26,948 nucleotides of DNA from a candidate division WOR-3 bacterium (GCA_965649215.1 CBFGJZ010000021.1:1-26948), one strand, 5' to 3'; positions 18,572 to 26,832 are shown, counted from the first letter of the stretch. Numbers and translations: made by a program. Notes: generated from the letters alone by a model not told the origin.

Positions 18572-19519
18572 TTACGCATAATGAACTCGTTTTTCTAAAA
18601 CTGTGCGTTGTAAAATTGTTAAAGCAAGAATAATCAGAAATGCAATAAAAGCAATAGCTGCACCATAACCCAGTCGCCAGAGTTCAAATGATTGTTCATA
18701 AAAATAATACATAACAACTTTGGTAGTGCCTAATGGTCCACCTGGTGGTGAAGTCATAATCCAAACTTGAGCAAAAGCTTCAAAAGCAACAATTGTGCTC
18801 ATAATTAAGATATAAAAAGTTGTTGGTGATAAGAGTGGCCAAGTGATGTTACGGAAAAGTCGAAATGGACCAGCCCCATCAATTTTAGCTGCTTCATAAT
18901 ATTGAGTTGGAATATTTTGTAAGCCTGCTAAAAAGATGACAATATTATAACCAAGCCCTTTCCAGATTGACATAATGATGAGTGAGCAGAGTGCAACTGA
19001 GGGACCTGAGAGTATTGATGGAATTTGAATACCCATAGCATTGAAAATAATTAAAAAAATACCCCGTGGGTCTTCAAGCCAACGGATTGGGGAGATGTTA
19101 ATTAAAGATAAAAGATAATTTAGAAGACCACGCTCAGGATTAAAGAGCCATTTCCAAACGATCGAGACGGCAACGATGGAAGTCACAACGGGCAGGTAAT
19201 AAAGAGTCCGATAAAAACCGAGACCTTTGATTTTTTGGTTTAACAATACTGCAATCACTAATGACAACAATATCATAGTCGGTACCGTAAAGAGGGCATA
19301 CCAAAAAGTATTTAAAAGTGAAGTATAAAAGACAGGGTCTTTTAGGACTTGAAGATAATTATTAAGGCCAACAAAAGCTCGTGCCCCTGCCATTCCCCAA
19401 TCATAAAGACTAATGCGCACAGAAAATAGGATTGGGATAATCCGAAATGATAACAGAACAATCAACGCAGGAGTTAGATAAGCAAAACCAATCAGCGTCT
19501 GCTTTAATTTTTTAGACAT
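18572..19519 (-). CDS. Carbohydrate ABC transporter permease (MalF/UgpA-like)
   Basis: FVGLNNY, FYRTLYYLPVV, WKGLGYN, LAGLQNIP..YYEAAKIDGA EAA loop, ITWPLLSPT. Start is ATG 19519 or TTG 19522. Confidence 0.92.
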   Translation of the reverse strand: MSKKLKQTLIGFAYLTPALIVLLSFRIIPILFSVRISLYDWGMAGARAFVGLNNYLQVLKDPVFYTSLLNTFWYALFTVPTMILLSLVIAVLLNQKIKGLGFYRTLYYLPVVTSIVAVSIVWKWLFNPERGLLNYLLSLINISPIRWLEDPRGIFLIIFNAMGIQIPSILSGPSVALCSLIIMSIWKGLGYNIVIFLAGLQNIPTQYYEAAKIDGAGPFRLFRNITWPLLSPTTFYILIMSTIVAFEAFAQVWIMTSPPGGPLGTTKVVMYYFYEQSFELWRLGYGAAIAFIAFLIILALTILQRTVLEKRVHYA

Positions 19520-19561
19520 CAATTTAATTTATAATAATAATAAAATCTGATTCGTCAAGAT

Positions 19562-20029
19562 CTATGCCGCAAATTCTTGGCGTAATGCTTGAATGACTGG
19601 TTCAACTTTATGTTTTGGCACAAGGAAACTGATCATCATTAGACTTGCTGAGATATTTTCAATATTGACACCTAACTCACTCACAATTTTAAAGACCTTG
19701 CCCGCAATACCAGGGGTTGAAGCGATTTTCGGACCGAACAGAGTAATTAACGCAACATCTTTATCAATATCAAAATCAGTTGGACGCAAATCCCGCAATT
19801 TCATTTGGAGATATTCAATTACCCGAGTAGTTTCACTTTCTTGAATAGTAAACGCAATATCGCAATAATTTTTACGGGTAGAAATTTGTGTTATCGTTTC
19901 GACATTAAATCCTGCTTCACCAAGAATTGAAAATATTTTTGAAGCGCTACCTGGAATATCAGGTACAGAATGAATAATGATTTTAGCTAAATCACTTTTG
20001 GCACTAATTTCTTGAATTATCTGTTCCAT
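19562..20029 (-). CDS. Stand-alone tandem ACT-domain protein resembling the aspartokinase beta (regulatory) subunit
   Basis: VPDIPGSASKIFSILGEAGFNVETITQ and TPGIAGKVFKIVSELGVNIENIS are AK-type ACT1/ACT2 motifs. SD AAGGAG (20040-20035) lies 5 nt before ATG 20029. Confidence 0.82.
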   Translation of the reverse strand: MEQIIQEISAKSDLAKIIIHSVPDIPGSASKIFSILGEAGFNVETITQISTRKNYCDIAFTIQESETTRVIEYLQMKLRDLRPTDFDIDKDVALITLFGPKIASTPGIAGKVFKIVSELGVNIENISASLMMISFLVPKHKVEPVIQALRQEFAA

Positions 20030-20051
20030 AACCACTCCTTTGGTTTAGTTG

Positions 20052-20080
20052 AGTATAACATTTGGCGTTTGTTAAGTCAA
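20052..20080 (-). promoter_or_regulatory. sigma70-type promoter with extended -10 for the ACT gene
   Basis: TTGACT (20080-20075), 17 nt ending TGT, TATACT (20057-20052). Confidence 0.7.
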
Positions 20081-20509
20081 GATAAAAAACGATGATAGAT
20101 GACTCAATCATAAATTCTATATATAAATAGAATAAAAATTAAGCATTAGATGTATTTAAGTTATTAAATATCATAATGATAATTCAATTTTCTTTAAACA
20201 AGGGGTATAATACCCTGAGAGGTGCTAGAAGGCACCAAATATTTCTGTATCGTAGTCTATTTATAAATCTTATTAATTGTATAAGTTTATTTGTAATTGA
20301 GAGCGACTATTTTTGTTTCTTTATTAAGTGCGTAAGTTGTATTTTTTAATTTTATTTATTAAATTGTCAGTAACGTAAATCTTTACTTCGCTTTTGAGCT
20401 AGAATACTTAATCGTCGTCGTTCATGTTCAGAAGGTCACTGGTATGTGATAACAAACTATTAGTGAATTAATAATTGAAAGAGTTTTTAATCGGAAAATA
20501 TAGAATTGG

Positions 20510-20538
20510 TTGACCTATAGAGATGGTTTGGCTACAAT
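20510..20538 (+). promoter_or_regulatory. sigma70-type promoter for the DUF763 gene (leaderless geometry)
   Basis: TTGACC (20510-20515), 17 nt, TACAAT (20533-20538), 6 nt, ATG 20545; no SD. Confidence 0.65.
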
Positions 20539-20544
20539 ATTTTT

Positions 20545-21633
20545 ATGCGCACGGGTTATGCGAATTTACCTTTGCATTATGGCTCAGCACCAAAATGGCT
20601 TTTTGCGCGGATGACTAAGTTGGCGCGAGCAATTTTAGAGATTATGCTTGGTGAATTTGGTAGCGAAGAATTTTTACGCAGGATTTCTGACCCGTTCTGG
20701 TTTCAGAGTTTGGGGTGTGTCTTAGGTTTTGATTGGCATTCATCTGGATTAACCACAACTTTATGCGCTGCTTTGAAGTTGGGTCTTAAAGATTTAGAAA
20801 AGGATTTTGGCATATTTATTGCTGGTGGTAAAGGTACGACATCTCGTCAAACTCCTGTAGAAATTAAGAATTACGCCGAAATGTTATCATTTGAACCAGA
20901 TCGATTAATCTATGCTTCGCGAATGAGTGCAAAAGTTGATTCATCTGCTCTGCAAGATGGTTATCAAATTTATCATCATACTTTTTTCGGAACTAAAGAT
21001 GGAAAATGGGCAGTAATCCAACAAGGTATGAATCCGAAAACCCGTTGGGCAAGACGATATCATTGGTTGTCCTTAGACTTAACAGATTTTGTCTGTGAGC
21101 CACATAAAGCGATTGTGAGTGAAAAGCGAAATAATATTTTGAATCTGGTTGCTAAAGAAAGCGAACCAGCCAGAGTGCTGTCAACATTGATTGCCAAACA
21201 GAATCCTAATCAATCAGTTAGAGAATTGATGAGAATTAAAGAATTGTCATTACAAGCAAGACATCCCATCCTATCGTCGGATATTAATCCTAACCGGTTC
21301 GAAAAGATTTTATTAAAGACTTATGAATCACAACCGCCAAATTTTGAAGCATTGTTAGGTATTAATGGTGTTGGTCCGCAAACGATTCGAGCATTGGCTT
21401 TACTAAGTGAAGTTATCTATGGTGTCAAACCGAGTTATCAAGACCCTGTGAGTTATTCCTTTGCCCATGGCGGTAAAGATGGTTATCCATATCCAATTAA
21501 TCGAAATGATTATGATAAGTCAATTGAAATTTTAGAAAGAGCAATAGCGCAGGCAAAGATTGGTAATCAAGAAAAACTCCAGACATTAAAAAGGTTAGCA
21601 AGAATTAATAGTGCAACAAAGAAGTTATTTTAG
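20545..21633 (+). CDS. DUF763-family protein of unknown function
   Basis: LPLH.G.AP.WL..RM, DPFWFQSLGCVLGFDWHSSG.TT, KVDS.ALQDGY..YHH, W.VIQQGMN, RRYHW and SFAHGGKDG.PYP motifs recalled for DUF763; HhH-like LLGINGVGPQT. Confidence 0.85.
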   Translation: MRTGYANLPLHYGSAPKWLFARMTKLARAILEIMLGEFGSEEFLRRISDPFWFQSLGCVLGFDWHSSGLTTTLCAALKLGLKDLEKDFGIFIAGGKGTTSRQTPVEIKNYAEMLSFEPDRLIYASRMSAKVDSSALQDGYQIYHHTFFGTKDGKWAVIQQGMNPKTRWARRYHWLSLDLTDFVCEPHKAIVSEKRNNILNLVAKESEPARVLSTLIAKQNPNQSVRELMRIKELSLQARHPILSSDINPNRFEKILLKTYESQPPNFEALLGINGVGPQTIRALALLSEVIYGVKPSYQDPVSYSFAHGGKDGYPYPINRNDYDKSIEILERAIAQAKIGNQEKLQTLKRLARINSATKKLF

Positions 21634-21671
21634 ATTGATAGAGCACAAAAAATATTATTATATCTAATAAA

Positions 21672-22598
21672 GTGAATAATGTGTATAAAATTCCAGAAGA
21701 GTTTATTGAACGATATCAGAAGTTTATTCCTGATTTTGAGAGGTTTTTGAGGGTCATACAAACACCAGTCAAGCCAAGTTTTCGAATAAATACACTTAAA
21801 ATAAATAAGGAACAGGCGTTATCAAAATTGATTGATATAAAATTAAAGCCAATTCCCTGGATTGATATTGGTTATTGGGTATTGGATAGATTGAATATTG
21901 GTGATTCACAGATGCATAAGGATGGTTATATTTATATCCAAGAAGCCGTTTCCATGATACCTGCATTAGTATTAAATCCGAAACCTACTGATAAAGTTTT
22001 GGATATGTGTGCCGCGCCGGGGTCAAAAACTACTCAACTTGCTGCACTTATGAATAATCAGGGAGTTATTATTGCTAATGATATTTCACCAAAACGAATT
22101 AAAGCATTAAGAGATAATTTGTCAAGAATGGGAGTTAAAAATACAAAAACTATAAGAAAACCAGCCCAGCGTCTGGGTTATTATTATCCTGAATATTTTG
22201 ATATGGTTCTGTTAGATGCGCCGTGTTCTTTAGAAGGGACAATAAGAAATTCACCAGAAGTTTTATTACAATGGAAAAAATTTATAATTAAGCGGTTGTC
22301 AAAAATGCAAAAAGGGCTTATCAATTCAGCATTTAAGGCACTTAAGCCAAATGGAGTTTTGGTTTATTCAACTTGTACTTTTGCTCCAGAGGAGAATGAA
22401 GAAGTTGTTGATTATCTTTTCACAAAATACCAAAATCTTAAGTGTGAACAGATCGAGTTAAATGGTATCATCACCCATTGCGGCTTAACTGCATGGCACA
22501 AAGATAAATACCATCCCGAACTAAGCAAAGCGATACGCATCTATCCCCATGATAATGATACCGAAGGTTTTTTTATTGTAAAAATCAGAAAATTATAA
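21672..22598 (+). CDS. RNA cytosine-C5 methyltransferase, RsmB/RsmF/NOL1/NOP2/Sun family (short form)
   Basis: YIQEAVSM.P, VLDMCAAPGSKTTQ (motif I), LLDAPCS (motif IV Cys), VYSTCT...EENE (motif VI Cys), EGFF. GTG start uncertain. Confidence 0.92.
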   Translation: MNNVYKIPEEFIERYQKFIPDFERFLRVIQTPVKPSFRINTLKINKEQALSKLIDIKLKPIPWIDIGYWVLDRLNIGDSQMHKDGYIYIQEAVSMIPALVLNPKPTDKVLDMCAAPGSKTTQLAALMNNQGVIIANDISPKRIKALRDNLSRMGVKNTKTIRKPAQRLGYYYPEYFDMVLLDAPCSLEGTIRNSPEVLLQWKKFIIKRLSKMQKGLINSAFKALKPNGVLVYSTCTFAPEENEEVVDYLFTKYQNLKCEQIELNGIITHCGLTAWHKDKYHPELSKAIRIYPHDNDTEGFFIVKIRKL

Positions 22599-22714
22599 CC
22601 CCCTCATTTGATTTTGTTTTGAGCTTTTACTTTATGTTAAAATACTAATTCCTAAGTATTGAAATTCTAAATAGTTGCATAACTTTTGTTATGAATAAAT
22701 ACTCAATTTTTTAC

Positions 22715-22742
22715 TTGACATCTAAGAGATGAATATTATACT
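22715..22742 (+). promoter_or_regulatory. sigma70-type promoter for the C25 protease gene
   Basis: TTGACA (22715-22720), 16 nt, TATACT (22737-22742); strong SD AAGGAAGGAG before ATG 22795. Confidence 0.7.
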
Positions 22743-22794
22743 TATATTTAATTATTTATTCGGTCATACTCTAATTACAAGGAAGGAGTTGTTT

Positions 22795-25700
22795 ATGAGT
22801 AATAAAAATTTATCAGTAATTTCAATCCTGATATTCTCAATGATAATGATTGTGAATGCGGGAAGTATGGTTCGCGATTTTGAATTTCCATTGAATTCAT
22901 TACGCATTGAGAATCGAGATGGATATAGTATTGTAAGTCTTCGTGGTTGTGATGTTTATACTCACGAAATTGCCAAACCGATGTTACCGATTGCAAGTGT
23001 TAATCTTTTAATTCCAAGTACTGCAGAAATCACGAATGTGGAGATTCTAGATGCCAAGATCACTGAAGTTAAAGGTAATTATCTAATTTATCCAGCGCAA
23101 GAGCCAAGACCAATTTCCTATCAAGGTCCAATTAATTTTGTAGAGCCCGATTTACAAACTTATCAATCACAAGAAGCTTATCCTCTTAAATTAAAGGAAG
23201 AATTGATGAGCGGTTGTAAGTCTGGTTTTCGGATTGGTAATTTCTTTTTGTATCCTATACAATATATTCCCAGTGACAAAAAATTAGTTCTATATGAACG
23301 CATCAGGGTAAAAATAGATTATGAAGAAAACCGCTATCCAGAAGAGATGCTTACTGAGTCACAAAGAGAATTATTTAAAAGAGATGTTCAAGTATTAGTA
23401 GTTAATCCTGAAGATATTGATAGATTTGCGCCAGCACTACGGGTGTCAGAACCAACTAATATTGATTATGTGATTTTGACTTCAACAACTTTAGAAAGTA
23501 GATTTACGCCACTTGTTAATTGGTTACGCAAAACTGGATATTGGGCTGAAACTCGTACTACAAGTTGGGTATCATCAAATTATTCAGGACGAGATTTACA
23601 AGAGAAGATACGAAACTTTATCCGTGACTATTTTACTAATTATGGAATGAAATATATTTTACTTGCTGGCGACCATTCCATCATTCCATCCCGTCAAGCT
23701 CGCGCTGTAGTTGGTAGTGATGTTGGTAACATTCCGTGCGACTTATACTATTTTGATTTGCAGTGGTCTTGGGACGGCAATAATAACAATATCTTTGGTG
23801 AAGCATCTTATGACACAGTTGATTTATATTATGATTTATATGGTGGCAGATGGCCAGTAGAAACTACTGCTGAAGTCGATACAATGATAAAGAAATTCTT
23901 TACTTATGTCAAAAATCCTAATATTGGTTATCAGAAACGGATGATGTTACCTGCAGCGTATCTTTGGTCTGGCTATGACCACACCACCTCGCAAAATATG
24001 ATTGCTGGTTATAGTCCTGCCGGTTGGACGGACCGCGTGATCGATATGGGCCAAAATGATGCTTGGCGATGGGCAGTGCGCGATTCGTTAAATACTGGAT
24101 TTGGATTTCTCCATATGGTCGGTCATGGCAATGATAATGGTGTTTATATTAGTGGACCAATGTATTATTATACTGACCCAGCAACTCAAACCAATTATGA
24201 TAAATTGACGATTGCCAATTCAATTGCCTGTTATCCTGGTAATTTTGAGACTAATGATTGTTTAGCAGAAAAGATGGTCTTAGCAAGTGGTAGTGCGATT
24301 GCGACAATGATGAACTCAAGATATGGCTGGGGATATACTAACCAGATTGGGCCTTCAGAACTTTTAGATGTTAGATTTTACGATTATTTATTCACTTATG
24401 ACTCAATTCGTATTGCTAATTGTCATCAGTCATCAAAAGAATATTATCGGAGCACTGCAATGAGTCAACAAGTCTGGCGTTGGTGCTACTATGAGTTAAA
24501 TCTTTTTGGCGAACCGCAAATGATGATGTGGAAAGATACCCCACAAACTATGAACGCAAGTTTTACTAATCCAATTTATGTGGGTCCGCAATCATTTACC
24601 GTTACAGTTACTTCAGGTGGTTCACCACTTCCATCAGCAATTGTTGCTTTATGGAAAGGAAACGAAGTTTTCACTAAAGGTACTACTAATTCCAGTGGTC
24701 AAGTGAGTTTATCAATCACACCTACTTCCGTTGGTTATATGTATCTTACCATAACTGCAAAAAATAAGCTGCCCTTTGAAGATAGTGTGTATGTTTCAAC
24801 CCCTAATATTCATGATGTGGGAGTAGCTAAGATTATAACACCCAGTGGTATGATCGACCAAAATAGCAATGTCATACCTTCTTGTTCAGTCTATAATTAT
24901 GGTATGTATACAGAAAATTATTTAGTGCGAATGAAGATTGGTAATTTCTATAATCAGACCGTAACTGTGACTAACCACTTACCAAATACTTATCAGTATC
25001 TCACATTCCCCAGTTGGCAAGCAACACAATTAGGCAGTCATACGGTAAGTTGTTCAACTGAACTGGCAATTGATGCAAATCTAACCAATGATAAACAAGC
25101 TGGTAGCGTCACAGTTGCTTATAAAGATGTTAGCGTGACCGTGATTGTTCAGCCAAAAGGAACAGTCTTTGAAAATACAGTAATTATTCCGGCATGCTCC
25201 GTTTATAATTATAGTAGTCTGGTCCTGAGCTTTACAGTACGAATGAAAATCGGTAATTTTTATAATCAGTCTGCTTCAGTAACAAATCTTGCCGCTGGCG
25301 GTCGGCAATATGTGACTTTCCCGAATTGGAATGCAACTCAAATTGGCACCCATGTAGTTAGTTGTTCAACGGAATTAAATGGCGATATGAATCCAACAAA
25401 TGATCAATTGATAGGTTCGGTCACTGTTGATGTAGCACCATCACCACCCTGGACTCAAAAAGCAAATATGCCCACTCAGGCTTTAAATAAATATGTGAGT
25501 TCTGGGGGTGCTTTAGTTGGCGTTGGTAATAATGTATATGGATTTAAGGGTAATAATTCGACTGAATTCTATATGTTCGATGGTACAAACTGGGTTCAAA
25601 AAGCTTCCGCTCCAGCAACAGTAGGCGCGGGTGGCGCTTTATGTTATGATGGCAACAATACAATTTATGCATCACAAGGTAATGGTAAAAATGCGTTCTG

Positions 25701-26619
25701 GGCATATTCAATCAGTACCAATACTTGGAGTGTAAAAGCCAATATCCCAGTGACAGTGAAAGGTGGTACGAGTATTGCTTATTATAATGGTAAAGTCTAT
25801 CTGTTAGCAGGAAGCCAAAAGGTTAACAAACCAAATTTCTATGAATTTAATCCCATTACAAACAGTTGGACACAAAAAGCCTATGCCCCAACACCTGATA
25901 ATGTTGCTTATTCAACGGGTAGTTGTTTAGTTGAATGGAATGGGTTGATTTATGCTTTAAAAAATTCAAGCAACAATCTATTTTTTGCCTATGATCCGAC
26001 CACAAATAGCTGGATACAAAAAGAGAATCTGCCATTAGTGCATCCACAAATTGGCTTAAGCAAGGTAATTGGTGATGGTGCAGCAATGACGAGAAGTGGA
26101 ACAGAAATCTACGCCGTGAAAGGTAATGGTACAAACGAATTTTGGAAATATACCACAAGCGGTTGGAGTGCAATGGAGACAGTACCAAGATTAAATAACA
26201 AGAGCATCATTAAATCAGGTGGTGCACTTGCTTTTGCAAATAGCAAAGTCTCTCTGTTAAAAGGCAATAATACCCAAGAGTTCTGGCAATTTGACCCTGC
26301 TTTAGCGACCATAATAGAAAAGATTACTCAGATCAATCCTGCAATTATGAATACTATGAGTACGCAATCTTCCTTTACTCTTGAGATTTCACCTAATCCT
26401 TCTACTGATCAGTTTGCTATTAAATATTCATTACCTAAAGCTACATACATATCGCTGAAACTGTATAATGTAAATGGTCAATTAGTTAATATTCTCCAGG
26501 AAGGTTATTTAAATGCCGGTGATTATCGTATTACGCTTTCGAATATTGCGCAAGGCGTTTACTTCTTAAAATACAGCGATGGTATTCATCAGGATGAGAT
26601 GAAACTGATTGTACAATAA
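22795..26619 (+). CDS. Secreted gingipain-family (peptidase C25) cysteine protease with propeptide, Ig/CARDB-like repeats, Kelch-like propeller and T9SS-type C-terminal domain
   Basis: Signal peptide MSNKNLSVISILIFSMIMIVNA; YILLAGD...IP, CDLYY, GRWP, GHG (His codon 24124) and IAC (Cys codon 24229), NLFGEP; two DV.V..I..P repeats; six GG/KGN..EF..Y/F..W blades; ISPNP...LYNVNGQLV...GVYFL...KLIVQ tail. Start moved from 22729 to 22795 because of the SD. Confidence 0.9.
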   Translation: MSNKNLSVISILIFSMIMIVNAGSMVRDFEFPLNSLRIENRDGYSIVSLRGCDVYTHEIAKPMLPIASVNLLIPSTAEITNVEILDAKITEVKGNYLIYPAQEPRPISYQGPINFVEPDLQTYQSQEAYPLKLKEELMSGCKSGFRIGNFFLYPIQYIPSDKKLVLYERIRVKIDYEENRYPEEMLTESQRELFKRDVQVLVVNPEDIDRFAPALRVSEPTNIDYVILTSTTLESRFTPLVNWLRKTGYWAETRTTSWVSSNYSGRDLQEKIRNFIRDYFTNYGMKYILLAGDHSIIPSRQARAVVGSDVGNIPCDLYYFDLQWSWDGNNNNIFGEASYDTVDLYYDLYGGRWPVETTAEVDTMIKKFFTYVKNPNIGYQKRMMLPAAYLWSGYDHTTSQNMIAGYSPAGWTDRVIDMGQNDAWRWAVRDSLNTGFGFLHMVGHGNDNGVYISGPMYYYTDPATQTNYDKLTIANSIACYPGNFETNDCLAEKMVLASGSAIATMMNSRYGWGYTNQIGPSELLDVRFYDYLFTYDSIRIANCHQSSKEYYRSTAMSQQVWRWCYYELNLFGEPQMMMWKDTPQTMNASFTNPIYVGPQSFTVTVTSGGSPLPSAIVALWKGNEVFTKGTTNSSGQVSLSITPTSVGYMYLTITAKNKLPFEDSVYVSTPNIHDVGVAKIITPSGMIDQNSNVIPSCSVYNYGMYTENYLVRMKIGNFYNQTVTVTNHLPNTYQYLTFPSWQATQLGSHTVSCSTELAIDANLTNDKQAGSVTVAYKDVSVTVIVQPKGTVFENTVIIPACSVYNYSSLVLSFTVRMKIGNFYNQSASVTNLAAGGRQYVTFPNWNATQIGTHVVSCSTELNGDMNPTNDQLIGSVTVDVAPSPPWTQKANMPTQALNKYVSSGGALVGVGNNVYGFKGNNSTEFYMFDGTNWVQKASAPATVGAGGALCYDGNNTIYASQGNGKNAFWAYSISTNTWSVKANIPVTVKGGTSIAYYNGKVYLLAGSQKVNKPNFYEFNPITNSWTQKAYAPTPDNVAYSTGSCLVEWNGLIYALKNSSNNLFFAYDPTTNSWIQKENLPLVHPQIGLSKVIGDGAAMTRSGTEIYAVKGNGTNEFWKYTTSGWSAMETVPRLNNKSIIKSGGALAFANSKVSLLKGNNTQEFWQFDPALATIIEKITQINPAIMNTMSTQSSFTLEISPNPSTDQFAIKYSLPKATYISLKLYNVNGQLVNILQEGYLNAGDYRITLSNIAQGVYFLKYSDGIHQDEMKLIVQ
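24810..25435 (+). repeat. Two ~312-bp intragenic repeats encoding Ig/CARDB-like domains
   Basis: IPSCSVYNY...VRMKIGNFYNQ...YLTFPSWQATQLGSHTVSCSTEL versus IPACSVYNY...VRMKIGNFYNQ...YVTFPNWNATQIGTHVVSCSTEL; DNA cores at 24925 and 25237. Confidence 0.85.
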
Positions 26620-26638
26620 AAAGATAATATAAATAATT

Positions 26639-26676
26639 GGGAGTTTGGTTGTGATGAGAAGCCAAACTCCCTTTTT
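26639..26676 (+). terminator. Rho-independent terminator after the C25 protease
   Basis: GGGAGTTTGGTT / AGCCAAACTCCC stem (one G-U pair) followed by TTTTT. Confidence 0.85.
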
Positions 26677-26832
26677 AAATGACATGCCGAGTCAATAAAC
26701 TATAAACTAGTTAAATCAGCATTTACAATTAATGCGGTGGTATTGTATTTATTATTTTACAATGATTGGTTTCTTAATCGTTTGTATTTGATTGGTTTTT
26801 AAAAATTAGTAAGAGCAAGTTTTAAATTAATG

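Noticed and set aside
20090..20110. GATGACTC resembling the 3' part of a fluoride riboswitch
   Set aside because: The 5' GGCGATGG...CC helix is absent and there is no fluoride-related gene.
20201..20236. AGGGGT, ATACCC and CTGAGA words reminiscent of a TPP riboswitch
   Set aside because: The order is wrong (CTGAGA should precede ATACCC), the downstream CCTGA...TAA...GCG.AGGGA elements are missing, and no thiamine gene is adjacent.
22729..22794. ORF-track N-terminal extension of the C25 protease (likewise 10568 for hdrC, 20035 for ACT, 14422 for the permease)
   Set aside because: These upstream starts fall within promoter or SD elements, or upstream of a better coupled ATG; the downstream starts fit better.
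64..26312. Short antisense or off-frame ORFs in the track (e.g. 64-246, 449-682, 1191-1418, 7854-8225, 11704-12045, 13974-14291, 25856-26188)
   Set aside because: They overlap well-supported genes, have no recognisable motifs and look like shadow ORFs.
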